Made by a program: the position numbers and the translations under genes. A stretch of 64,000 bases of DNA from the NCBI GenBank assembly GCA_027604505.1, contig JADIIX010000006.1, positions 124,001 through 188,000 on the forward strand. The letters are read 5' to 3'. The notes under the pieces were generated by a model. It did not search any database and was not told where the DNA came from. It saw nothing but the letters and a program-made list of their open reading frames with translations. Source of the DNA: Gonapodya sp. JEL0774. Its lineage: Eukaryota. Shown piece after piece: positions 47,601 to 59,783 of this stretch. The first letter of the stretch is position 1; each line of letters opens with the position of its first letter.

Positions 47601-49214
47601 ACGGAAGGTACCCTTGCTGAGGGGTGAGCTCTGCCTCAAGATACTCGCGGAGCTGCGGCACATGAAGAAAGACAAACGGCTTAAGGCCAGAAGAGTTCTC
47701 TTTCTCGTCAAATTGGCCCGTCTTCTGCTTCGCCTTGCCTATAAAACAAGACCACAAGGATACGTTATTCGATTTAGACAAAAATGCACAGAACAAAGTT
47801 GAGGCTGCCAAACTCACCGGTGCACATCGCCGCTTGATGTCCTTTCTGACCGCAGATAAAACACTTGTCTCGGTCATTGCTTTCCTGTGCAAATACATCC
47901 TCCCTCAAAATTCTGAAGTGCGGTTCGTGTGTCACAAGGGCCAGCATTATTAGGTCAGCGTCCAAACCGTAGAGGACGTGCGAAGTGTTGGGATCGTGGG
48001 AGGGGTGGAAACGCTGTTTTCGAATGTAGTCCATGATTTTGTGCTCACCCTCGCCGGCGACTGATGCGTCAGACAGAACGACTTTGATCTTTCAAAAGTG
48101 TTTGCATAAAGTGAGATGACGGGGTTCGGAGACAACGGTCATCACTGCTTGCCAAGGTGCTCGTACCTTGGCCCAGCACGGATCATGTTGCATACGGTCA
48201 GCAACATAGTAGCGTAAGCAGACTGCGAGGTTCTCCATAAATGGGGTTCCGGGGGTAATAACATTGGAGTCAAATGCAGACTTCGCGGGCCGGGGAGGAA
48301 GTTGCTCGTGGGAAGCTACGAATACAGAACGAGTTCACCGATCAGTTATCTCGAAAGGTACAACAATAAAGTTTTGTATCGTCGCTTGGTGGAGAATCTG
48401 CGCCACCACCATTAGGCAGCAGTAACACCCACCCTCCCACTCTTTTCTGACTCTCTCTTCATCTTCCTCTTTCTCTCTGGCATCCTGAGCCGCTCTGAAT
48501 CGCCGGGATCGTTGCTGGTTCATTTTGGCACGGGGAGCGACTCCGTCAATAGCCATGTAAAGTAGTCGCCGTGGGCGTATCATGCGAACTATGCGATCAA
48601 TGTATTTAAAGATCGCAAGAAACATCAGTGATTCGGTTTCGGGGGCGGGCTGAAGTCACATAGAGGAGTCGATAAGTAGATTGTGAGACGATTTTGAGCA
48701 GAGCTCAGCAAAAGAACAGACATCGCTCGGCCGATTCGCAATTGGCTATTTCAACGGCTACTCCGCCGGATAGGACGTAGAGTCACATGCCCCAACCTGC
48801 GCGCTTCTCAAAAGGCACCATTGCTCTACCGGAATCCCTCGCACCGCATACCCTCCATGTCCACATCTCGTCCCATGCAATCCCAGAAGTCAGTTCTAGA
48901 TTCCTTACTTTGTCTTCTGGGTGGCAACACGGGTGAATGATTCCGTTCATGTCAAGGTAGAGGTTGTCGAACTCCATTCCATTGGGGTTCGGTTCAGACT
49001 GCAATAGAGAGATCAAGTTTCCCCAATGGAGGTAGCCAGTGGATTACTGTGAGCCAAAATGAGAATTCAGAACGAGTTATTCTGTGGATAGACTCACCCA
49101 GTCCACTGGAATGTCTTCGTCCTCATCCGTCTGTTGCTGAACATCCTCCACCACAGGGGTCGTGATCTTTGGGTATTTGGTGGATAGCCACCGGAAAAGT
49201 GCGGGAACTCCCAT
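44648..49214 (-). CDS. XRN2: 5'-3' exoribonuclease 2 (Rat1/Xrn2)
   Basis: [96 protein letters not shown] knuckle, [26 protein letters not shown]-rich tail. Confidence 0.98.
46691..46876 (-). repeat. 60-bp coding minisatellite (~3 copies) in XRN2 linker
   Basis: Exact 60-bp periodicity over 46711-46843; encodes [20 protein letters not shown]. Confidence 0.95.
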
Positions 49215-49645
49215 AGTTGCGTTGTACGGGCTGTGAGCAAACGATGATTCCAGGAGGAGATATTTTTATTGGAGCCAACTGTGAGGGAGCTCCACGAACA
49301 ACTCCCACACAACTGTAACCTCCAGGAAAGCAAATATCGGGCGGAAGCCCTATATGGGGTTCGGTGACGCTGGAGAAGAAAGCGGAACACAAAAAATTTT
49401 TTATTGCATGACGCTTTGCCATGCTCATGTGACTCGGGGTCAATAGATCCTGAAGTGCTCTATGGGCACTTTCAAACTGGCAGCTCCAAGAAACAAACAA
49501 GGTGAAGGAAGACCTTTGGGGCACGAAAAAACTACAAGATATTTGAAAGCATCCCCCCCAAGAAAGACAAGTACAACTAGTATGTTAAGTAAATCACATC
49601 TCTGTCACCCTTCAGTAATATGAAAGACGAGAAACTCGTTCAAAC

Positions 49646-52600
49646 TTAGGCAGCCATCTTATCGAGGAGTGACTTGTCATATTCGAGGTTCACAGCATCG
49701 GCTTCCTTCATCATCTCTTCGTCGAAGAGTCCTTGCTGCCTGAGGTACTCGAGAGCGCGGCGATTCTGCCACTTAATTGCAAGCGGAATAAGCAGCACAG
49801 AGATCCCGGATAACGCGTAGGAGATGGTTCCCCAGAGCATGGCAGCGACATACTCCGGATAGTCTTCATCTGCGGTGTGTACAGGTCGGTAAATAAATGA
49901 CAAAGTATTGTGAACGCAAAAACATTTGATGCGCGAGACTCACCTGGGTACATAAAAGGGGAAATCAAAGCCGCAACGAACGCGATAGCAGACATCCATC
50001 CAAGGGCTTGACCAACTTCTGTCGAGCCTTTGAGAGTGACAGTACGGTACTATGGAGTACGACGGATGTTGGTCACAACCGTCTGCGAGACAACGCAGGA
50101 TTCGAGCTCACGTTCAGGACCAGTGGGTAGACCGCCCAGTTGAAGTAAACCAGAAATACCATTCCGTAGCGAGCAGGGTTGGAGATGAAACCCTGGTGTC
50201 CAATCGCAGGCTCCTGTCAGACACACAATTCCATTTTGCACTTCCAGTCACAAAGAGCCTACCGCGTTGGTTTCGGTCGGTGGATTGTACGCTGCGCCTG
50301 TCAAAAAGAAACTTCCAACAGTAGATATGGTCTGATTGAGCAAATAGGAGCATAAGCGTTCACATACTTGATGTTCACAACGAGGATGCCACCCACCATC
50401 GGAATGACGTAGTGCCACATGCGCTCTCGAGTGCTTTGAAGAAAGCCCAAGATATTTTAACAAACAAGCATAAAAATGCTGAGTAAAACCAATTCCCCAC
50501 AGTCACTTACAAGTCGGAGTGCCAAGAAACCGCAACGTAGAACACTAGAGTTGCAAAGTTTGGTCCAATCGAGGCCAAGTTGGAAGATACCCCAGTGTTG
50601 AAACCGAGCCCTTGCAGGACGCTGGTAAGAAAAGCCGTGGCTCCAAACACTCCGATGTTGAGAGTCAGGTAAGAGAACATGAAACTGCCCACGGAAAAAA
50701 ATAAATATGAGTTTAGCATTCGAACGGTAGTTTGAATTGCCTTTCCACCACCTACAGATACTGCGCAGGCTGAGCCCACAAGTCCCAGAACGAGGTCCAG
50801 TCAAAGTCTGCCTCGGTTGACTTTGGTGCATTTCTAGGCAGCCTTTTCATGGCAACGTCACGTTCCGCAGGCGTTAATACTGTCGTTGGCGTTTCCGGAT
50901 AGTCCAACATGACAATATGGGCGAAAACGCCGTACAGCCTGCAATCGTTTTACATGAGGACGGTAGATCAACATCCCACGTCGGCAGCACCACTCACATG
51001 CTGAACACGCCTTCGATAATGAAGAGCCCTATTCCACGCATGGAGAAAAGCACATCAAATAGTATCACTGAACACAGCCTGCAATGTTGCGAATGTTGCG
51101 ACTCACACTGCCATGCCTTGAGACCGCCCTTTCCATTCAAATTACCAACACCGATGGCGAGAAGACCGCTGACACCTCCAGCAACTGCAAGAAAGCAATC
51201 ATCAGCACGATGGGAGCGACTGATTTGCAAGAAATACCCACTGGAGCTTCCTCCAAAGTACCAAGCGACACGTGTTGCGCGTTCAGTCTTCCATGTCACG
51301 CAATTGTGAGCACGAAGAAATGTTCGCAGAAAATTGAGCACCAACTCACCGGCTTGTACCAGAAGGACTGAACACAGCACAGGGACAAGAAACAGGATAT
51401 GAACAGATACAAGTTTATCAGGTGCAATTTTGACGTCATACCATGTAGTACACAACACCAGGGAGCATGCCAGCCTGACGGTAGAAAGCATCAGGCTCAG
51501 AACCAGACGAATAGTTGACGGGCGACAACAACCCACCTCTGCAACACCAAGGAAGAATCTGCACGCCTTCAATCCTGCGGCATTCGTGACCGAAGCCATG
51601 CAAGCCAAAACAGCACCCCAAGTGATCTGGTGGCACAAGTATTCATGAGGTTTCAGCATCGCGTGCAAGGCGTTTTCGCTGTGCCAACAGTCACTCACAA
51701 TAATACGAGCCAACCAGACCTAACAATGATTCCCATTATTCAATTATGAATGTTAAGATAACAAGTGGCTTGGTCATTACTTACCTTTGCACCAAACCGT
51801 TTCATGAAGTAGTTGGACGGGACCTCCATGACAATAATTCCCCAGTAAATGAGCGAAATAGCCCTGTCAAACCGTGAACGGTCACCAAAAGGTTGCAATT
51901 TCTAAATGGACACCAATAGGAAGGTCAACGCACCATTGCCAGTCGTTGCCGGCGAGGTTCAAAGACTTTTCAATATTGTACTCAGGGTGTGGCTCATTTG
52001 GACCAGTGTTGAGGGTCTGAATAAGTATATGATGTCAGCATTGTTCTTCTGTCGAGGATTTCGATGTCAAGGACACTTGCCCTCGCATTGCCCAAGTTTA
52101 CGCGGTCCACTGAAGGAACGAATGTAGTTTTCACGTAACGTCCAAGTGATGAACAAGAGGAGTTTCATGACTTACGATACTTTTGAGTGTACAGTGAGGA
52201 ATAGTAGGATGCAAGACAGGGCAAGCGCGCATCGGATGTTCAAAGGGACGAAGGCGGCAAAGTTTCAATTACACACACGCAGTTGGTTTTGTACAACAGG
52301 GGACCTTCCACAACGTAGCCATGTGGGGCACCCATCACGAACCTGGATAAAATACATGCCGAAACAAACGGCTGTAATCCTGCAGTGAGGACGTGTCATG
52401 TGAGTGATCGGGTTACGTAAAGCAAAAGCGAAGAGTTCATTTTTTTTTACCTCAGATCCAACTTGCGAACAAGGCTTTTTTCAACCTCAGGATCCCAAGT
52501 GCAAGGGGGACACTGGTACATGGATACATAAGAAGGTTCACCTGGAAGTGTGGAAGTGGAACACAATTTGTACAAACTCACGAGCGCGTCCGCCTCGGAA

Positions 52601-52808
52601 ATCACGGCTCCACTCGCATCCTTGCTGGGCCACAAGGCTTTCCTAATGTCGTAGGACCCAGCTTCTACGAAGTACTTTTGCCTGCCACCGGGATTCGAGA
52701 TATATATGTATCCGCGGATCATTCCGATCACGCCAACCGGGGGGAACCAACAAGAGAAAACACGGTTGGACAAGGGAAAATGGATCAGAGGTGACTCATC
52801 TTACCCAT
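49646..52808 (-). CDS. MFS transporter, anion:cation symporter family (Dal5/Tna1-like), many small exons
   Basis: EKSLVRKLDLR|ITAVCFGMYFIQ|YL|DRVNLGNAR, MEVPSNYFMKRFG, RFFLGVAE|AGMLPG, FWYKP|..ERATR, GGLKAWQ|..FIIEG, LDYPETP..LTPAER. Start codon tentative. Confidence 0.9.
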
Positions 52809-54237
52809 AAAACACCATTCTCACGCTTTAAATGGAAAAGAATGAGTCAGATCAGTTGTTTGTGGGTAGTCGGTCAAAGTGATGTGACGGGATGATCCCG
52901 TCCATCGTGGAGCCCACGACGCACGGTGGGGAGCTTACGTCTATGAGAAAAGTTTAAGGCGTCAAAATTGGGAGTGTTCGGAGAGGATTCCCCACTTCTA
53001 AGAATCGGATGTGTATGTTTCCTTTGGCGGTCCGTTCTCCCTCACGGTGCCTTTGTGCCTCGGAAAATATAAATAATGAATATAAAACAATAACAAACCC
53101 CTTGGCAGAGAGTGTGAACCATAATCGAAACTAAACGTATGGACATAGGATCGTAACAGATTGTAAGTTCAGTTGCAAGTCCCCCCCCCCCCCTCCGAAT
53201 GTCTTGGTTGAATGATTGCCTCCCAGGGCTTTTCCACGGCAAAACCCGCGGCCTTGCTCCCGGTCCAACACCATCATCTCACCCCGTGTTTCTGCAATCG
53301 CCGTCCCCTTCTGTATACACTTCAATCCAGATCCATGAGGCATCACTTTTGTCAGATTCCCTGAATACATCACATATAATAAATAAATTACATATGAATT
53401 ACACAACAACGTACCAATAATTTACATGTGTAGTTACGTCTATCACTTCTTTGCTGTGATGTTTTTCATAAAATGCAAATCAGTAATCAGTTCCCCCCGC
53501 TGTCAAGAATGATTCTCATCAAATGTCTGCCCAAATTTTCACCTCCAACCCCCCCCCCCCCTTGTCGGCGTTTATGCCATTACCGGGCGGCTCTCTCCAG
53601 CGCGCAAGCGCTTCTGAGCACAATGAGCCCTGGGTGGGCATTCTGACCGCGCTCTCCCTGGGAAGAGAACGCGCGTATTCGCGTTCCTTAACTTTTCCAT
53701 GGGCAACTAAGGTCTGCGTGGGTTGTGGTGTTTCCCAGTACAAACTGTGTGGCATTTCCGCCTGGAGTAATCTCGCTAAAGCTTTCTAGGGGTGGTATAA
53801 GAACTGTAATATAAGTAGATTGTACCTGTGTATATGACCGGCCCGCCTGTGGAAAATGAAGGTGCTCCCATGAAAACTGCGTGAGTGGTGATGGTCTTCG
53901 TACCACGGGGCCGCCGTCATCTGATGATCTGATGAAGACTAAAATAGATCGTGAACGTGCTCGATGTAATGATAAAAGTTGTGCCCGCGTGCGTGGGCGA
54001 TCTTCTGCCGAAGGAACTGCCTGATGTATTGTAAGCGACAACAAATAATGCATGCCTACTCAGAATGATGTGCCAGCAATTGTGCCATGCTCTCCGTGCG
54101 CAGTGAACACGCCTTTAGCCACCTACAATACTATGAATCGCTACTCCGGCAATACAGTACATCTATTTTTCAGCTACGTAACAATCCACAGGTCACAAAA
54201 ATGCCACTGTCTAATACAATCTTGTGAGTAATCATCA

Positions 54238-56715
54238 CTACTCGCCAGGGACTTTCACCCGCACAACCTTGCCAGTCTCCTTTGTCGCCCCGTCTTTCCC
54301 TGCTTTGTGCCTCTCATGCGCAACCACACTTACTCCCATCTCCTCATCGACATGCACCCTCAGCTCAATCTCGGCGCCAGCCGCAGGAATGTCTGCTGGT
54401 AAATCAGGCACCACGAGAGTAGCCACCAGTTGTGGTGATTCCTCGTGAGACGGGGGCACTTCGTACAACGCGACCTCGATGTCCCGTTGTCCATCCCAAA
54501 CGTTCGATACGATGCGGGAGACAGTGACAGGAACAGGCGTGCCCGCTGGAATCACTGTCGTCAGCTGGTTCCTAGAAGGAGGTTGATTCGATCCTGCACC
54601 ACCTTCCTCGGTGGCTACAGCGATCGCCTTCTGGAGAACCTTGGCCGCTCGCCATTCTTCAACTTCGGTTTCGTCCACCTGCGCTTCATCACCGCTTTCA
54701 CGGACTCCTGGGTATCCAGCAGCTTCCATGTACTGTTGCGGAGAGATACCCAGAGCTCGAAGTTGGTTGAGATGAATCGCGCACCCGAGGGCTACGAGGT
54801 CGTCGGGGTCGTTGTTCAAGACTGGTGCTGAAGGGAGGAAAGTGGTGGAAGGAGGGAAAAGTGACCGAATATGGGAGAGCAGGGCGGGGATCCTGCGGTT
54901 GCAATTGAATCACCACACATTGTATCACTTGGCTGGCAGACCAGTCGACGGAAGGCAGACTTACCTTCCTCCACCTCCCCAAACCACAACTTCGTCGATA
55001 TTATATCCTTGGCCGGCCTGCTCAACGCACCGTTTCACAACATTGCCGACTTCCCTCACGAACCCGTCACACATTCCCTCGTATCTCCCAGTGCTCACGC
55101 TCCCGTTCACGTCCATTCCCTCGTAAAGAGACTCCACAGCTACTGAAGCACTTGCAGCACCGGGATTTGACAGGGCGCGCTTGGCTCTGCTAGCCGCCCG
55201 GCGGAGTTTGGACAGCGCTCGAGGGCCAAAAGGGAAAACGCGGGGGTTGAGTGGGGTGGTTAGGCGGCCCTGAGAAGCCTGGTCTAATGAAGATGTGGGG
55301 ACATCACGTATACGATACTTTCGCGTGAATTCGAGTGCAATATGAGAGGAGAGGACGTCGGTGAGCAGAGCTGCGCCAAGGTGGGAGTTGTTTACATGGG
55401 AGAGAGGAAGGTATGTTGAGGGAGACGTGCTGGTCGCATGCGTTCCTGCAATGGCCTGCGGTGTACGAAGGAACAGCTGTGCCGAGGTCGAATGCGCGCC
55501 GACGGAAACCGAGAGCACTGTCGTGGAAGGAAGTTGAGCCGGTGCGGTGACAGCCACACCGTTCGACTTCGTCTGAGATGCAGGAGGTTCGCTAGATGGC
55601 GTACTCCGCAGTCCTTCGAGACACGAAAGCACCGCAGAGTGTTCGCTCATCAGAATGACATTCTCGAATCCGGCCCCCAAGGCCGCGGCTTCGAGTTCTG
55701 CGCTGCGACCTTGCGTCCAGTGGTTTGGTGTGGCGATGCAGCATGTCGTCACATCACGTCCTATGTATCCTGAAGCGGATTCCCGAAGTCGAGAGAGGAG
55801 GAGCGAGGCAACCTGTGACGGAGTGTGATGGGTGATGATGGACGAGGTGGGGTCCGAAGGGTCGGGAAGTGCGATTTCATACGCCGGCGGAGTGTGGAGG
55901 AGTGTGGGCTGTACTGCGCCCGAAGTCGGCGACGGTGATGGAGGTTTCACATTCGCGGCGCCGGAGGGCTTTGTCGGAGTGCCGGATGGAGGTGTTGTAC
56001 GGCCATTGGACGGCGGCGTGGTACGACCGTTGGACTGGGTTTTCTGCGCCGGTTGTTGGTGGGGCTTTTGTTCGGACTGAGGGAGAGACACAATGGGGGT
56101 GGATGTAGTCTCTTGGTGGAATTTGGTTTCAGGGTGGTCGAATCTGTGATACGACGTTGGCAATGAGTCAAAGATATGCAAAGACATCACATATCCCAAC
56201 AAGTCACAATGATTGTGCTTTGAGGCATGATACGCACGGTAGGCCAATAAGATCCTTGAATCTCGTGAGAGTGTTAACGAGGTTCGACGATTGCTGCTGC
56301 TTCGCGGCACCAGCAGTGACCTGCGAACGTAACAAACAAGGACCATCACAAAGTGAGCCGTGGGGAAGACGGGAGGGTACTGTGCCGGCAATCAGGTCCA
56401 CAGCGTTCTAACACCACTGTCGAAACCACTCACCACGCCATGGTTGGTGAACGCAACACAAGAGGGAATCATCCTGTCGCCATCCTCGTTTGCGAAAATC
56501 TCAGCACGACCATTCTAAATTTCGATGCCAGTGATTAAGGTTCGGTCGAGGGACTCAAAGAGCGTTAAAATCCCCTTGAGAGAACAAAACCGAGATCAAT
56601 CTTTTTTCAGAAGTCTCACCGGCAACGGAGCTGCGAGTGCGCAATATTCTGATCCAAATGAGATTCCTACTGCTGATTCCAGCACGTCGGTAGTGGATGG
56701 CGGAGGTGGCGCCAT
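54238..56715 (-). CDS. SSZ1: Atypical Hsp70 of the ribosome-associated complex (Ssz1/HSPA14-like)
   Basis: VGISFGSEYCALA|..IFANEDGDRMIPSCVAF, LLLSRLRESASGYIG, SASVAVESLYEGMD, DEVVVWGG, DPDDLVALGCAI, VIPAGTPVP; truncated substrate-binding domain and no EEVD. Confidence 0.8.
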
Positions 56716-56822
56716 CGGTTGCTTGAAAAGAAGCTGCTATCACCTATGAAAAGAGAAATCCACAGTTGGGGGGGTCGTGACTAACACAAGCACTCAGCTT
56801 CACTGTAACACACACAACAGGA

Positions 56823-56849
56823 AAGCACGAAGGAAGCACGAAGGAAGCA
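56823..56849 (+). repeat. 11-bp tandem repeat (aagcacgaagg x2.5) in the divergent SSZ1/CCDC96 intergenic region
   Basis: Seen directly. Confidence 0.8.
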
Positions 56850-57102
56850 TTTCACGCAATACACCGTCACCCAATTCTCAACAACCTGTATCCTATTGTC
56901 TATGTAAATAATTATGGGGTTATTGCTGTTCGCACCGGTACTTTCAACTGGATATTACCAGAAGCAGATCAATCTTTAACTTCACCCTGGTCTTCTTCTT
57001 TGGTGTGCAAACCAATCTACCGGTTTAACGCTCCATACAGAATGTTGGGGTTCCCGTCGGCCACAGCACTGATTCCATTCACTGAATCGACAGCATACAC
57101 CA

Positions 57103-59648
57103 ATGTCTGAAGGGAGCCCCACGACAGCTGCAGTCGGTGGAGATGCGCCTCTGCACTCGAGTCCTGCACAAACGGGATCTGCTGGAGCAAAGTCAGCGAA
57201 GTCGGTAACTGGATCAGCGTCAAAGTCGAGAGAGAAACTGGTGGGATCGCGTGCATCGCTGCGTGCATCAAGCCCAAAGAAGACACCTTCTTCACCCAAA
57301 ACAAACACTCCAACGATTGGAAGATCCAGACCGGTGTCGGCAGGCAAACCGGCATCAGCCACGCTCACAAAGGCCGAACCAAGAGATGTAACTCCCCCTC
57401 CTCTTCCACAGCTGAACGCCCACGAAGACCTCCCGCAGTCAGTTCAAACAGAAGAGAATAATATCACTGCAGCTCTTGACGTTAATTTAATCCCTTCAAA
57501 TGAAGCCACCGCACTCATGGAATGCAGTACACTACCTCACAACTCTGACCAAGTTGCTTCACAAGAAACTCCCATCGCACTCCCTGAACAACAATTGAAA
57601 GATTCTGAAACTAAAGCTGAATACTTGCAGTCGGTATTGACCCCCGATGGCGTCCGAGCAATTGACGTGCCGCCCGGAGGTGGAGAACAAGCTCCAAGAT
57701 CTGAGGAACTAGCAACCTCGAGAACTGACCCACCCTACACAACAACAGAGCCATCGCAAGACATGGCTGCAGTGGGAAGCATGGTTCCTCCGGTGGGCAC
57801 GGACGACGGGACGCCTTCATTCCCCAGCCCACTGGCGGAAGCGATTCCAGGGTCGCAGCTTTCCACAGCATCTGAATTGAATCCAACAAACGAGCAATCC
57901 ACAATATACCCTTCTGACCGCTTGACGTCTTTCTCGGACCCTACAACGCATGAGTCGGAGTCGCCACTCCAATCTAGCACAAACGAACAACGCCAAGCAG
58001 AGGAACTTGCGCAACTCTCAGCCGAACCCGAAACAATCCCAAATCTACCACCGCTCGAAGAAAAATTGCCCCCCATAGACCGTGAAGACGTGGTCAGGAA
58101 CATTCGTGGGGCATTGGACATGAGGGATCGGATGAGGGCGCAAGGAATGCTGCTGCAGAACAAGCTATCCGAGTACTTTAGGAAAAAGAGGGTGAGTAGC
58201 ACCACGTTCCGCTCATGAACTATCGCATCTCTCGGCATGGAGTCGCTTTTCGGATCGTGAACAACCCCTCGAGGTGCAGTTACCGGCAGATGGTCGTCCA
58301 TGGTGCTATCGGGCTCCAGAGAGAAAGTGTGGGCTTCTTTTTCAATAATCTGCGGTCGCTCAGAGATATTATCCAAACATATGGGAACTGCATTCCGGAC
58401 ACCTTGGTTGTGGCCCGTTCGATCCATCCCCTAACTTCTTTGCCCACCCTGCGCTACCTCAAACTTGCCAACCCTTCCTGGAATCCCACCTTTAAGACCG
58501 ATGACGGCCCCGACTCCACAAAAACCTCCGCCGACCACGACCAACGCTACTCGGGGTCACTCTCACAACTCCAAGCCCTCCAATCCCAACTCCGTGACCT
58601 TGAACTCTCCACTACAGCATCCATTGCCGGGCAGACTGAGCTTCTGCGTGCGCGGCAAGTGGAGGTATCGGAGGCGCAGCAGGAGTACGCCAGATTCAAG
58701 AGGACGACCGCGTTGGGGGCCGAGTCTGCGAGAACCGGAGAGCAGCTTGGGAAGAAAGCGGTGGAAACGTTGGAGGCGGCGGAGGCGAGGAAGGAGGCAG
58801 AGGTGGCAACGGTAAGATTGGAGAATATCAAATTGAGGAATCGACTGAGGAGGCAGGAGGCGCTTTTGAGGCAGAAGGTGTGTTTGACTCTAATGCGCAC
58901 AGTGTATCTGAGAGGAGTACACGCCATCATGACTGACGCACCTGACTAAATCGGATTGTAGGAGGAGCTTGCCGACGGTTTGCACCTTATTGATTTTGAG
59001 CAGCTGAAAATCGAAAACCAAACATACAATGAAAAGATTGAAGAGAGAAATGAGGAACTACTCAAGCTTCGAAAAAAGATCACCAATGTGGTGCAGGTGC
59101 TCACGCACGTGAAAGAGAAGCTCCATTTTGTGCAGGTACGGGCAGAGGCAATTCGTTGAAGTTCGGAATTCTGAGGCATGTATCTTCCGTCATGATTATC
59201 CAGAACGAGACTGTCACCCTGCGCAGCACCCTGTCATCCCTCGACGACGAGGTTAACATCGAAAGGGATGTTCTCCCTGTTGCCAAACACGAGGCCAATC
59301 AGCTGCGAAAGTTTAATTCGCAACTCAGACAGAGAAACGGTCTTTTGGGCAACGTCCCCCTTTTGCGGGACTTTGAAAGGAAAGTGGTAGGTGCAACTAA
59401 ATCAAAGACAGTGAGAGAATGCAATGTCCCACCATACTTATGATTTGTAGGATGAATCGGAAAGCTTGCAGCGGCAGGTGGACGACATGAAGGAGTTGCA
59501 CAGGTGGATATGTTGTGGTTCTTCTGTGCATCGACATGTTTTTCAGCGTTGGATCCTCCCCAGCAATATCAACAACGAGATTTTTCGTGTCAAAAGGCGC
59601 ATTGCGAAAGCTCAGGTTCTAGGGTACAGCACCGCCGTGAAAATGTGA
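57103..59648 (+). CDS. CCDC96: Coiled-coil domain-containing protein 96 (CFAP184; DUF4201) with long low-complexity N-terminus
   Basis: LQNKLSEYFRKKR, EVATVRLENIKLRNRL, K|EELADGLHLIDFEQLKIENQTYNEKIEERNEELLKLRKK..VQVLTHVKEKLHFV, GLLGNVPLLRDFE. Confidence 0.93.
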
Positions 59649-59783
59649 TGCAAGCTATCCGATGTTATAGTACCATGCATTTTTATATTATATCGGCGCG
59701 GTTTTGGTTGTGATCTCAGGTTCGATCAAAGGTGGACGAAAGGACCACGCTACTTCCCCTCCTCAAATATCTATCGGCCCACA

